64,000 bases of DNA from NCBI RefSeq assembly GCF_021869535.1, contig NW_026262690.1, positions 94,116,001 to 94,180,000 on the forward strand. The letters are read 5' to 3'. Below the pieces are notes generated by a model that saw only the letters and a list, made by a program, of their open reading frames with translations, was not told the DNA's origin and searched no databases. How positions within the stretch are numbered: the stretch's first letter is position 1; each line of letters opens with the position of its first letter. Positions 1 through 13,271 of the stretch are shown here, piece after piece. Position numbers and translations under genes: made by a program. This DNA comes from Mytilus californianus. Its lineage: Eukaryota.

Positions 1-19
1 TGTATCTATGAAAGAATTT

Positions 20-425
20 ATCTTAACGAAATTCCTGACTTAATTATTTACCAGTGATGCATTGATTCCGTTCGTTAAAATATATTACATCACTACACAC
101 ACGGGAATAACGAACGAGTTGGGATATATAAACACCGTATGATGGAGCCAAAGGAACATCGCCGTCAAAAAAGGAAAATTAACAATAGGGAATGAAAAAT
201 CGTCTCTTTTGTCGTAAATTTTAGTATGGAGTTTCCCTTTAGAAATTGAAATGTCTAAATCTAGAAAAGGACAACTACTGCTGTTTATGTTAGATTTATT
301 TAAAGTAAGTTCCTTTGGATAAATTTTGCTAGTATATTTAGAGAACTCTGGATTATTTAACGAAAACATATCACCAAGATAACGGTAGGTATTGTTGAAT
401 GTGTCAACAAAATGTAACATGTATA
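20..425 (-). mobile_element. Penelope-like (Naiad-type) retroelement reverse transcriptase fragment
   Basis: ORF 85..420 encodes FNNTYRYLGDMFSLNNPEF...PFLDLDI...KIYDKRDDFSFPIVNFPFL (degenerate YxDD plus thumb). Homology continues, frameshifted, towards the window start. Confidence 0.8.
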
Positions 426-1883
426 AGCATGGTTAATGCAAAGATAAGAGCATGTAGAAACAAAAGCAAACAACGGCAATAAAGTGATGCTTCATAGATA
501 AGATGGAGCTGCTTCCTGGGGCTCTGCGGTGAACGTTTTGTGAGAAGCATTAAAAGCCCATTATCCTGACAATGCAGTACTTAATTGAGGAAAATTGTAG
601 TGTTTTATAATATTACACCTGATACGAGAGGCGAATACATTAATCTGATATCTCAAAGTGCACAACGAAAACCAGTCTTTTTTTTTCCTCTTTCATAGAT
701 ATTCAAACGAAACATAAAAAAAACAGAAAGATATTAAAACAAACGTTTGAAAGTCTACAAAAATATTGATATTACATAGTAAAGTCGTTAAAGTCGACAA
801 AACATTTACATTGGAAGTTGAAGAATCCTGGATAGATTTTCATGCAAAATAACATATTGGACTACAACTTTGACAAGAATAAAGAAAATTTAATGTAGCT
901 TGAACTTTCTATCATACTGCCTTACTTTAGTTTAATCCAAATACAAAAGTAAAAACAATTGTACAAATTACCTGCAATCAGTTTACAAAATAACGAGTGG
1001 TGAACCAATTTGACGCTGAAAACATGAATACCATTTTATAAAAAGGAAAATAACAAAAAAAACCGATCTCCAAGGAATATTCAAAACGGTAAGTCCCTTA
1101 ACAAACGGCAAAACCAAAAGCTCAAACATATCAAAAGAATGGAAAACAACTGTCATATTCCTGACTTGGGCATTTCCATATGTGGAAAATGTTGGATTAA
1201 ACCTGGTTTTATTGCTAGCTTAACCTCTCACTTTTATGACAGGCGCATAAAATTCCGTTAAGTTTCATAGAATGTAAGAAATCTACATTTACTAAGTAAA
1301 ATATAACCAAATAACCATTATTAAGTTATGTTGACTTTATATGAGAGCTCTTCTTCTGTCGATACGTCGTGTTTAAAAAGTCATTCAAAGTTTATTATCT
1401 GATTAAAGAGAAGTCCATAATAATTCATTATTGGAGTCTTCCAATGGCAAATGACTCAAAATCATCGATCCGGCTTTTTATAAAACTGGCATTGATACGA
1501 AATTGCAAATGATTTATTAAAAAATTCAAGTTTAAGATGATAGGTCGATATTTTTACAAAAAATAGCAAGTTTGATTGAAGATACTATTAGTTATTTAGA
1601 CTTTCAATGAAATGAAGAAACTTATATAATTTTATAAATCTTATGGTCATGTTTTAGTTTTTTTTGTTGCAAAAAAGACAATTGTTTGAATTTTTCAAAA
1701 TTGTATGTCTCTAATTAATAGAATGCAGGAAGCTATAATAACTCAGTCAATTCTATCATTGAGATTTCTTTAGAAACACGTCAATGTCTTTTTTATGTGT
1801 ACAATCATTACCTAATATGTGTTGTAGGCACAACATGCATCTATCAAACCAGATCGGTGACCTTAACGTTTCTTTAATATCTA

Positions 1884-2135
1884 TGATTGATTGTTTGATG
1901 TTTAACGCCACTTTCAGCATTATTGTGCTTTTTGTGGCGGTCAGTTGTTATCGGTAGAGGAAGCTGGAGTGCCCGGAGAGAACCACCAACCTTCGATAAG
2001 GAAAACTTACAATCCTAGTCAATTAAGACTGTAGTCAGCTCCGTGCTGCCACGTACGGGATTCGAACAACTTCAGTATTGACAAGCTAGTGATACAGAAG
2101 TTCTACTACTTAGACCACTAGGCCATCGAGGCCCC
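1884..2135 (-). mobile_element. tRNA-derived SINE with V-domain-like core, 9-bp TSD
   Basis: Minus strand begins GGGGCCTCGATGGCCTAGTGG (A box) and has GTTCGAATCCC (B box), a central GGTTCTCTCCGGGCACTCCAGCTTCCTC and a (CAAT)n-like tail. Flanked by TAATATCTA at 1875-1883 and 2136-2144. Confidence 0.8.
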
Positions 2136-2585
2136 TAATATCTACGAAAAGCGCAATCAAACTTCATTTTGGCAAAGTAAAAAAATCGTTATCTTTTAAA
2201 AATATAGCCGAACTATTTTATTTGGGACAAGTGTCGAAAAGTAAAACCACACATGATGCACTATCGGTGATAGCAGTCTATTTGTAGAGTGGTGATCATG
2301 AACATTTATTTTATTTTGGTTTGTAAAAATGACAATATCTGCCTTCGATATTATCAACTTAACATGAAGTATAAGACATGCACTTAGCGTGGCATTCTAT
2401 CAGGTCAAGAAAGAACACAGGTAGATTTAGATAAAGACACATACAAGTTTAAATAATACAAGAATAAAGATAATAGATAAGTTTTCAAGAACTTTTGTAG
2501 TTGTAGATGAATTACATGTTCTACAAAATTATCTATAGTCTTGTTTACAAGCAAAGGTGAAAAAAATTGGATCAAGATTTGAAAA

Positions 2586-4271
2586 ATGGCTAGCAAATAT
2601 ACAAACTGTCAATTTTGTGAAGAATCACCTGATGCTAAATGGCATTGCCAGTCATGTGATCTTAATCTTTGCGATGTATGCAATCCAAAAATTCATACAA
2701 AGATTGAAAAATTATCTGGACACACAGTTTTTCTTATACAAGATAAAGATATTATTGAGGATTTGGAAAATTTAAGAAAAGTTGACTTGAAGGAAATTAC
2801 ATGTTCAAAACATTCTAACCATAAAAGTGTAACATTCTGCTTAAATTGCGATAAATCGTTATGCTCGTCTTGTTTAATCAAACCATTTCAGTATGAGGAA
2901 TTAAATAAGGTCTACGAAGAAAGATGTCTTTTTCTGAAAGATTTGAAATGTCAAATTGACAAATGTTACCCATTTTTTGAAGAAAAAGCAACTGATTTTA
3001 GAAATATGGACGATGAAGTAGTCGCAAAGCACAACGAAATAAAAAGGAAAATTTCTTGTAGAAAGAAAGAAGTCAAAGATTCAATATCAAAGGAAGCATT
3101 AGACGTTTTAGATGTTATGGAAGGTATATGGGACACTGATAACAATCCAATAGTCATAGAACGCGAAAGACTATCTCAGATAGAACAAGATTTAAAGACA
3201 AGAAAAAATAGACTTGACAAAGCATTAGAAACACGGGATCCAGATGCAGTTTTCTCTACTGTAGAAAACATAAGTAGAGACATACCAGAAAAATCAGCGT
3301 TGGAAATAATACCTCCAGATCTGATTTACATTGAGCCAAAAGTGAGCTTTATGAAACAAGTCATAGGTTTAGTAATTAGAATGCCCAAAGTTTTGTACCC
3401 TCAGACGTTTCATGTTGATTTCCCCGATATGAATGGACTAATATCTCTAAATGATTACATCTGTGTCATGTATAACACGGATTCTCGCAGATTTAAGTAT
3501 TTCACAATATCAGGTTCTAAATTTATAACTACAAAAGAAATAATTGATGACAGTATAAATAAAAATTCAGGATTCTTTTTTTCGGCTTCCGTAAAAATAT
3601 TAGGCGTTACCAACTATAATGGAGAAATTGTACTGTCAGATGACACATTTCAAATCAGACGGCTTAAAACTAATGGAACATTTGAGAAATTATCACCGTC
3701 GTTCACAACAGATAAACTTATGTTTTATGGTATTCATGCTGCGAACAATAATGAAATACTCGTGGGTTTTACTGTGAGCGGGTGATCTTCTGCTAGAATT
3801 CTTGAACTTCTCGATATCAGTCCTGTTATTCAAACGTGCAAGATGAGACGCGTTGATTGTAGTAGCAACAGCTTTAAAACATTATTTAATCTTCCGAAAA
3901 AGATAACTACAAACATCAATAGATATGTTTGTATTATAGATTATCTTAATGCAAAAAGCGGAAGAGTTGTAGCGATAGGAACATGGGGACAACCAAAATG
4001 GACATACAACGGCCACCCAAGCATAAATTCATAAAATGAATTGTATCCCAATGACATTATCACAACCTCGTCTGGTCTGGTACTAGTTGCTGAGAAAAAC
4101 ACAAATGCAATCCATGTTCTATCTGAAGATTGGCAATTCATCTGTAATTGCATTTCCAGCAGCGGAATAATTGCGCCTGTTAGTATATGTTTTAACAAAA
4201 AGGGACATTTAATGATCGGTTGTTCAGATTCTGGAAAAACCATATTGCATATGGTGAATTTACTGGAATGA
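2586..4271 (+). pseudogene. TRIM-like copy A (B-box1, degenerate B-box2, coiled coil, NHL-like beta-propeller; no RING) with two in-frame stops
   Basis: ORFs 2586..3785, 3843..4034 and 4041..4271 are all in one frame, separated by TGA 3783-3785 and TAA 4032-4034. B-box1 is CQFC-x9-CQSC-x4-CDVC-x4-H-x8-H. The propeller-type ...YPNDIITTSSGLVLVAE..., PVSICFNKKGHLMIGC blades align to copies D and E. Confidence 0.85.
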
Positions 4272-4380
4272 CACCAAAGTAGGTTTATAAATTTATGTTG
4301 TGTGTCTGCTATTAAAATAAAATCTAAACGATTTATATTTAATATTTACCAATTTATTTCTTTAATCATCCCCGAAATTG

Positions 4381-5390
4381 TTTTTGTATGCACCACACTT
4401 CGTTATAGCCCTCGCGGGTATTCAGTTTAGACCTTCTCGTTAGCCTGTCCGTCTCTGTGTCAGTTAGTTTTTCAGTCACTTTAGTTTTCGAATACTAACT
4501 CAAATATTCTATATCAGATTAAAACCTTTCTTGTAGGTATAATACCACAAAATCATAGTACGTCACATCCGGTTGCATACAAAAAAGGGTTGAAAAAAAA
4601 TATTCCCTTGAATTTGACAGTTGTAGGAAATTAATCCTTCATTTCATTGCAGCAAAAATTTCTGGGTCATACACATAGATCTTGGGTGTTTCAAAGCACC
4701 TTTATTTTTTTATTTGGTGTTTCTATAGAATATTTTGGAAACTTGAGGTTACATGGTTACTAAAGCTTGTACACAGGTAAAAACAGAGGTGAAAATTTGA
4801 TTGGTTAACTTACAGTGATAGTTATTTTCTTGTATGCAATGAAATGTCATGTGAAATTTTGTCTATAGTACTTGACAGGATAAAACTTTACTCATGCCAA
4901 GTATTTCTTTATTTGATACATAGATAAATTCTGCACAATTTTTGAAAAAGTGCAAATATAACTAAGACTAATAGGGAAAAATCAATGGTGGTATTACACC
5001 TTTATACATGATCAGATATAGTGAGAGTAAGGTCTATATAAGTTTTAACGTCACCATATCACAGTCAAGGTATTAAATACTAAAATAGACCAACATTTGT
5101 ACATAAAAGCGGTTTACGGATCCTAAATCAATTACTTTTCGATCGCAACCTTACTTGCATACATCGTCACATATTATGAGTTGAAGATCCGTATTGATTT
5201 TGAGGTCAATACTTCAAAGGCTAAGGTCAAATTTACTTAAATAGGCCACACAATTTGTGTGGAAAGGGGTTTTCTGGATGCTAAATCAAATACTTTGTAT
5301 ATGCGTTTTTAATCATTCGTAGATTATATATGGTTTGCTGTCCCTTTATCCATTGTCAAGGTCAAAGTTACTTATATATATTGTTGTAAG
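4381..5390 (-). mobile_element. Degenerate Helentron-associated (HINE/pearl-like) element remnant
   Basis: Starts with a T-run, a decayed hairpin and a CTGTCCGTCT microsatellite remnant. AAGGTCAA motifs recur near 5200-5370. Confidence 0.35.
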
Positions 5391-6833
5391 ACAAAAATGC
5401 TATCATAGAAGAAAAGAATCATACTTCAAAGTAAACAGAAAAAATACAGAAGAAACTGAGCCATAAGGTCATTAAAAACTTTTCCTCTTTACATGGGGGC
5501 GTTGGGTATGTTGACTTTCTCACTAAATGTTCTTTAATTTGATAATAGAACAACAGAGTTTTGTCTCATACATTCAACAACTGTATATAAAAAGGCATCG
5601 TAAACACTGAAATAAGATAACACGGGCAAAGATAGTTCCAATATAGAACATTATCAGAGTTTAGGGTGCTACCATTTGCTCAGGAACGTTAGAGTAATGT
5701 GTGCATCATACATGGACCTACATCTTGACCTTACAATTTTCAAATAAAAATATTTCTATCTTAGTTAATATTAAACCAAATTTGAGATCCAATTACATGA
5801 TCTTTACCTTCTTCATTGATGCCTTGTATATTTCTTTTGGCGACTCTTGTGTTGAGAGAAATCAAACATGCATTCAGTTTTGAAATTAAAATCACCCAAA
5901 ATTCAGGACAACTAGTAAATTGTTTTGAGAAGAAATCCATGCAACTAGGTATTCCTAAAAAGAATGTTAAAGTATTTGGAACACAAACGAAACACGTAAA
6001 AGTCAGCAAACAATTCACATGATATAGAGACAAGCTCCTTTGAATATATCAAGAAAAAATAGCTTCACAGCATTTGGTCCATAATGTTTAAACACATTTT
6101 TGAAAAATTGATTAAGCTAGAAAAATCCGAAACACAACTTTTAAATACTAATATGTTTAGTCGAGTATATGCACACTTATTCTACATATATTATCAAATA
6201 TTGAAAGGTGACTTAACTCCTGTATTACCTCATCGACAAATATGTTGTACCCCTAGACAAAGCCTCTGACAATATCATTTTGTTTATAAATTTCATTAAT
6301 TGAACTTTTTGAAAACCGAAGATATTCTCCAACGTCACTTACAAATGAGTTAATCCTAGGGTTGCTCTACATTCTTTTAGAACAGCAATAAAAGATGAAA
6401 AAAAATAATATGACCTTCCTTTGCTTTTTTCTTGATAGCAAAATAACATTAACCTCATAACAATGAATTTGGCTACTCTTTTTAAATGTCCTTTTATCAT
6501 ATAGCTTCAAACACTTCTACGTATAAGAATGAAGTTTATAACAGCGTTGATAGAGACACCTGGTATTTAAACGTTATCGTGTGTGTCACTAACTATCAAC
6601 AACAAAGATTTCACGCAATAACAGCGTGTCAGGGGACACACACTGGGGATATACATAATTACTATCCTTACACATTTTCATTCAAAAAATAAAGTTTTGT
6701 ATCAAAGTTTTAGGAATTTTTATATTGGGTCTCCAGTGACACACACGGTAACGTATAAATGCCAGGTTTCCAAATCCACGCTGTTATGAAGTTCATTCCA
6801 TTACATCCCTTCTTTTTAAATCTTTAGGCTTGA

Positions 6834-6875
6834 GCGTTCATGACAAATGTAAATCCACAAGAGCGTATCGGAGGC
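6834..6875 (+). ncRNA. Decayed minimal hammerhead-ribozyme-like motif
   Basis: GCGTTC-ATGACAA-ATGTAAATCCA-CAAG-AGCGTA-TC-GGAGGC has the same layout as the 54325-54367 motif, but the core is mutated. Confidence 0.35.
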
Positions 6876-7736
6876 ACGAAACATAAAGTGTTGTTTTAAT
6901 TTCCAAAACTTTATATTATTCTGTCTACAAAATAGCTTTACAAAATATAAACATCGATTTTATCAGCAATCCAAGCCCGGCTTCAGTTTAAGTGTGACAC
7001 TACTTACTCTAGGGCTGTGTGAATCAGATATTTTGATACATAAAAACTCAAAATATCTGTAAGAGAACATACGATAAAAGTGGTGTTCGTATTGCAATAG
7101 TATAAAAATAATATTACTTCACTACCCTTTACACCAGTATTCCCGCTTGAAAACTTAGACAGTTTGAAAAAACTGGCCCAACTTTTATTCAAAAACATAG
7201 ACACAAACGACTTGTTTCAGGAAGAGATGAATTACACTTTCTAATAAACCACTATCCTCCAAACAAAAAGTTCTCTAAACTTACATAATAAACATATTTG
7301 CAAAATATAAATTATTTTAATTGGACTGCATTTCAGTGAAGAATTTCATTGTTGTACCTTTTGTTTATATCTTATATTTAACAAATACCCTTAGTGCTTT
7401 ATTGATTAGAATGTAAAACTTTTATTTATCAGGTCGGGACCGACGTATATACCTGCACCAAGAACGCCTAGAACCCGATGGCGGGATGCATAGATACCGA
7501 GTCAAGACCAAAAGAAATACAATAGCACGAATACAAAATTTTGGGAAAACTGTAATGTAAAATAAAAACATACACAACTGCAACACCTAGAAACTATAGA
7601 TCAAGACCATCTTGTTTTGATTGTGAAGTAGACACTGAATATTTATATATTAGGTCTTGGTACTTTCCGATGAACTTTTTAGAATAAGGACGAGACGTTC
7701 TTTGACAAAACCTTGTCTCTTTTATTGTTTGGTCAG

Positions 7737-8290
7737 ACACCGATTTATAAAGTCTGAGTATCAGCTGCTAGATCTTGACTATCGTTGAGAAATGAATATT
7801 TTGTATGATGGTGAAGTTGGTATATTGCTGCTAAGGTGAGGAAGATTGATAATTTCAAAATTGAAATCGTCTCGTTTGTCATAGATTTTGCTACTGAGAT
7901 GACCACTGTTGTCAATTCGAGATAAATGTCTAGAAACGAGGTGGAGAAATCTGTATCTGTGGTTCCTTTAATCTCTAGTTCCGGAGGATATATTAAAAGG
8001 ACCAAGTCAGAAAAGATTGGATTGTTATTGAAAAGAACATCAATACATTAATATACCTGTATGTGAAATTAAATTATCTAGCTTCTTGTTTTTTACAAGT
8101 GTCTGAAGGAAATTCGACTTCAATGAAAATAAGAAAAGGTCGACAAGGAGAGGTGCACAGTTGGTTCAGACAGGAAAGCCGACAACCTGCTGTATAATTC
8201 TACCTCCCAATTCAACAAATATATTGTCAATTTGGAACTCCAGCATACTGACCACTTGTTCTTCGGTGTAGCGAAACAGAGAAGAACATG
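7737..8290 (-). mobile_element. Penelope-like RT fragment, degenerate
   Basis: Minus-strand frames give MLEFQIDNIFVELGGRIIQQVVGFPV*TNCAPLLVDLFL and YPPELEIKGTTDTDFSTSFLDIYLE. Confidence 0.7.
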
Positions 8291-9280
8291 TCAATCAATG
8301 ACAAAAATGACAAACAATCATCACTCTTAAATTCCAAATTTTTGCTTTGAGAATCAAAAAGTTAAACCAACTACACTCTGATCTACAATCACACAATGAA
8401 TTTTGAATGATATGTTTAATCAGTATACATGTTAAACAGAAAACAATTATCACCTCTATGTTTCAATTAGAACATACCCACCCCTTCTCGTCCAATTGAA
8501 TAACAGTATTTGCCCTTTTATTTTTCATACTGCATGGTTTTCCATGCACTATAAAAATGCTATTCACGATTGATTCTCATTGTAGACTAGTTAAGAAAGT
8601 GAACTGTTAATAACTGCACCAACGAGGTGTATAATCCCATGGGGCAATTTCCATAGGAAAAGAGCGCAAGAAAACAAACCATGAGTACTACTGCTTGTCT
8701 AAATATTATAAATGGAAACAAGATAAAAGAAAATTTTAAATTATAAAAACATTTAGCAAACGTTATATAATGGTACATATATGGAACAAAAATGATTGAA
8801 ATCGTCGTAAAGGTTAAGGTAAAATAATATTTAATATAATTTGTATACGAGACATTAGAGTTAGCGTTTTTTTAAAAGAAACAATGACTCTTGATATATA
8901 AGGCAGAGGAAATTTTTGAGAGAAAAAAACTAAAACATTTTTCATAAAAAATCATCGGACGTTGAAACAATTGTAATTTTGAAATAAAGTTATTGATTAT
9001 GTTTTATCTTTGTTGAAGATATATTTAATTTTATTAAATTGATTTATATAACATTGTGTGCTTTTTCAAATAAAGGAATTGGAGATACATAAGTATTCAA
9101 TTTTACCTGCAGGTAAACAAAAATCCCTTTTTGAACAATTTATCCTTTTTGAGTCCTTACAAAATTATTTAAGTTCTTTTTTATTCCATCTGTTGAAATG
9201 ACCATTCACTATGATTTAAATCCTTAATATTAACCATGTTAACACTTAAAATGTTTTCAAATTAAGGTTTGATTTATTAC

Positions 9281-9790
9281 AATGGGTAATTAGACTTATA
9301 ACCGAGTTTGTATTAACATGAGCAACTCGACAGGTGCCACATGTGGAGCAGGATCTGCTTACCCTTCCGGAGCAATTCCAAAGGGGCCAGACCGGCTGGT
9401 CTAAAGGGAAAGCGTTCTGCTATGCATGCATACCCCGTAACTCAGTCAAGTTGTTATTTTCTGGGATAGGTAAGAATCGCTAAATTTACATATCAGACAA
9501 CTATTATTATGTTCAAAAGTATAAGACTGTGACGAAAACATGTCTCTAGTGAGTTAAGACACAGACACCTCGTATCTGTCAACCAATTCGTGATGGTGAC
9601 CGTAAAACATATTTAGTGTCGATTTTAGTCGATCTTCCTCATAACTCTCTGAGAGCAGGAGTCCGTTCAAAGTGACCATGCACGAACGTAACGTATTAAA
9701 TGAGATATGTAAACGCCATACGTTTAGGGCAGACGGGTATGTTGTTGCTAAGAAATTGGAAGTTGACACTAATAATATTAAAGGTACCAA
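9281..9790. mobile_element. Two Penelope-like 3' fragments in opposite orientation
   Basis: 9281-9365 (+) matches the element 3' UTR seen at 23215-23270, 52190-52230 and (inverted) 16530-16570 (GGTGCCACATGTGGAGCAGGATCTGCTTACCCTTCCGGAGCA). 9554-9790 (-) encodes the RT C-terminus RLKSTLNMFYGHHHELVDRYEVSVS. Confidence 0.65.
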
Positions 9791-9859
9791 TTTTACTGCG
9801 CAAGACCTGCATTTTATCAATAAATGTCTTTTCTGTGATGCTGGATACCATTCAATAAG

Positions 9860-10535
9860 TAAAATTGACAAATGTCAACCCTTCCTTAAAGAGTAAAGAG
9901 AAAACAGCTAATTTGAGCAATATGGATGATGATGACGAGGTCGCAAAAATAACTAGATATGGGAACAAAAATTCTCAAGGAAAGAAATATGAAACTGTAT
10001 CAAAGGTAGCATGAAACATTGTAAAAGTTATTGAAGGAATATGAGACACGGAAAATAATCCAGTTTTAACAGAACGCGAAAGACTTTCTAAAATAGAACA
10101 AGATTTAAACGTAAATCGGTAATACACTTGAGGAAGTGTAAGAAGCATAGGATCCAGCTTTCGTTTTCTTGTAGAAAACATCAGCAGAGACATACCAGAG
10201 AAAGCAGCATTGGAAATGAGACTTGCAGAGCTTATTAATATTAAGCTAAAAGAAAGTTATATGCACGAAGTCTTCAAATCAGTAATTAGAATGCTCAAAG
10301 TAGTTTCTATTCGGGATTTTCAGGTTTAGTTTTCCCCAAAAAAAGGGGATCTTGTAATGTTGAGGTCTTTGTTATGTATATTTTCAATTTTCGCAAAGCT
10401 AAATATTTCACAACAACAGATTGTAAGTTTGTAACTAAAAATTGCATTATAGCTGTAAGAAGGAAAGAAGCACGATTTGAAAGGGTTTAAGGTATACAAA
10501 AACTATGATCGAGAAATGTTAACGTCTGATGGCCT
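9860..10535 (+). pseudogene. TRIM-like copy B, internal fragment (coiled coil to start of propeller)
   Basis: KIDKCQPF..., GAAGGAATATGAGACACGGAAAATAATCCAGT and AACATCAGCAGAGACATACCAGAG align to copies A/D. Many stops and indels. Both ends abut RT fragments. Confidence 0.75.
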
Positions 10536-10620
10536 TGATTCAATAGCTTTCTTGTAGGCATCGACTCTGTATCAGTAAATCGTGATAGGAAATCCAAGTT
10601 CTGCCAAGAGAACGAGTATA
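10536..10620 (-). mobile_element. Short Penelope-like RT thumb fragment
   Basis: Similar to 16775-16850 (AATAGCTTCCTTGTGAGCAGCAATCCTCTATCAAGGAAATCATGATAGGAAAT). Confidence 0.55.
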
Positions 10621-11223
10621 GTATTGACTTTTTACTTTCTAAACATTTTATAAGAGTCGTTTTCCCATATTTTATGATAAAATATATTATCTACTTTTCC
10701 TTTGAATGATATAATAGTGCTATTTTAATTTTTGATCGGTGGCTTTTCTCATTATATATTTATAAAAACAATGGCAGAATATAAGCTCCTTTTTATTAAA
10801 AAAAATAAAAAATATATATATAATTTTCGTTGGTACTGTCTTAAAATAACCCAACACAACATCAGTTATTCATTAATAGAATATTAACACTCCCTAAATA
10901 TTCATCCTTAATAAGATTGGCGAAAAATAAAACTGTAATCAAAGAATGATACATCAATGGAAATTTTAAACACGGTGTATTTGTTGCTTGGTGATTAGAC
11001 ATATTCTTCTTCTTTTATTTCAACGGTAATTTTAGTTTCAATGGTATAATTGAATTACTCTCATGCTTACCTGAACTTCTATCGAGTCATAAAGAAAAAA
11101 ACAGGTAAATTAAAGATAAGACAAACTTGATTTGTTTAAACTTATTTTTGTTTTTAGATCAACTTAACTTAACATTAGTACTTATTTGAAAACAAGTGAA
11201 GCACACTAGAATAAACATCTGAA

Positions 11224-12675
11224 AAATTACTATAAGATATGAAATTGTCAGTTTTGTAAAGATTCAACTACTGTAAAATGGCATTGCAAGTCGTGTGATC
11301 TGAATCTTTGTGATTTATGCAATTCAGAAAAATCATACAAAAAGAAAAAAAAATCATCTGAGCAAAAGTCGATCTTCTTAAACATGCAGATGTTATTGGG
11401 CATTTTGAAAATCTAAGAAACGTGGACTTAAATGAGATTGTATGTTCAAAACATATCGATCAGTGTAAATTACTGTCTGAATTACCCTAAATCTTTATGT
11501 TCCTCTTGTTAAATCCGACAATTTCAGTATGACGGACTTAACAAAGTATACGAAGAAAAATATCTTTTATTCAAAGATTTGAAAAGTAAAATTAACGAAT
11601 TTAACCCTTTCTTTGAGAGAAAGTCGTCACAATTAGAAAAATGAAGATGACGAGATCGCAAAACACAAAGAAATAAAAACAACCATTCTAATAGGAAAAT
11701 GAAGTTGGGTGTGCAGTATCATAGAAAGCATTTAGCCTAGTAAAAATTTAGAAAAGTATATGGGATATGGAAAATAACGCGAAAGATGTTATATAGTTCA
11801 AGATTTAAAGAACGAGACAAAATGCACTCACGAAGTATTAGAAAAACAAGAACCAGCTTCAGTTTTCTCTTCTGAAGATTAAATTCCCCGCGTTCAGTAG
11901 ACTAGTGTCACTTAATGATAACATATGTATGATTTATAGTAATAATTCGTGCAAATTTTAGTATTTCACAATATCAGGTTCTACGTTTGTTACAATAAAA
12001 GACAAGTTAGATGAAAGAAAGAGTGGTCTTAATTTTTTTAACACCAGTATTTTGGATATAACATGCCATGATACCTAAATTTTAACGTCGGATATGAAAC
12101 CCCTTAAAAATAATGGCATAAAAAAACAATTATCACTGTCGCTCACCAAAAAATTAATTTAAATTTTATGATATGCCTTTGCGAAGTATTATGAAGTCAC
12201 CATAGGTTTAACCAATAACAAGACATCTTCTTTGGTTCTAACAAACCAATGTCGGTTGTGGTAACGATATAAACAAGATGAAGATGAGACGGGTTGAATG
12301 CGATTCCAAAAGTGACAATGCATTATTTACTGTCCCAAAAACGATAGCCACAAACGTCAACGGGATACATTTTTGTGTTAGACCGTCTTGATTTAAAAAG
12401 GGGAAGAGTAGTAGTGTTTGGCAGAAGGGGACTACCAAAATGGATATTCAATAGTCATCAAAGCATTAATTCAGAACATTATTTTTCTCTCGGTGAAATT
12501 GTCATGACATCGGCAGGTCCGCGTCTTGTGGCCGAGAAAAGCACAAATGCAAGGCATGTCCTACTTATGAATGGCCAAAATAATTTGTAATTCAGACAGA
12601 CAATGAAAAACAGACAGTGTTAGTATCTATTTGACAACAAGGCACAGTAAATTATCGGTTGTTCGGAGTCTTTTT
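11224..12675 (+). pseudogene. TRIM-like copy C, heavily decayed
   Basis: TGTCAGTTTTGT...TGGCATTGCAAGTCGTGTGATCTGAATCTTTGTGAT (B-box1), TTTCAGTATGA, and a propeller remnant in ORF 12375..12590 (GRVVVFGRRGLPKWIFNSHQSINSE). Start codon lost, many frameshifts. Confidence 0.8.
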
Positions 12676-13271
12676 TATGTGAACAATCATTAACTAATAT
12701 GTGTCGAAGGCACAGCCTGTAGCTAGAAAACAATCTCAGTGACCTGATAATATCTATGGTAAGAATACTCATACTACAATTTAGCAAAGTTTATAAAATC
12801 TTTATTTTTTGTTGATACAGCCATGCTAACTTAACTTATTGTCAGATGCATTATGAAGTTACGTTAAATCCTCCCAATGGAACAGACACTTCTCAAGTCT
12901 TTCATTTGGGATAAGCGGGAAAAACGACCATAAATGCATATCTCTAATCAGCAATATATTAAAATACAGTATATTTGTAGCAAGGTGATCATTTATTTTC
13001 TTTTCTTTTGTTAAAATGGCAATATCTTACTTCGGTTTTATGAACTTAACTTGAAGTATATGACGCAAGTGCTTACGTGGAATTCTATCAAATCAATAAA
13101 GAGCACAGGTAGATTTAGATAAGACACATTCAAGTTTAAATTATAGAAGAATAGAGACCATAGAAATTTTTCAAGAGCCTTTTTTGTTGTAGATGAATTA
13201 CATTTTCTACGTAATTATTTATAGTCCTGCTAAATAGCATATGTGAAAAAAATGGGATGAACATTTGTAAA

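Noticed and set aside
2056-2135. tRNA gene
   Set aside because: A and B boxes are present, but they are followed by a SINE body, tail and TSD, and no cloverleaf is evident.
3783-3785. Selenocysteine or readthrough at the in-frame TGA of TRIM copy A
   Set aside because: The aligned residue in copy D is Arg, not Cys. A second in-frame stop (TAA 4032-4034) follows, and no SECIS was evident.
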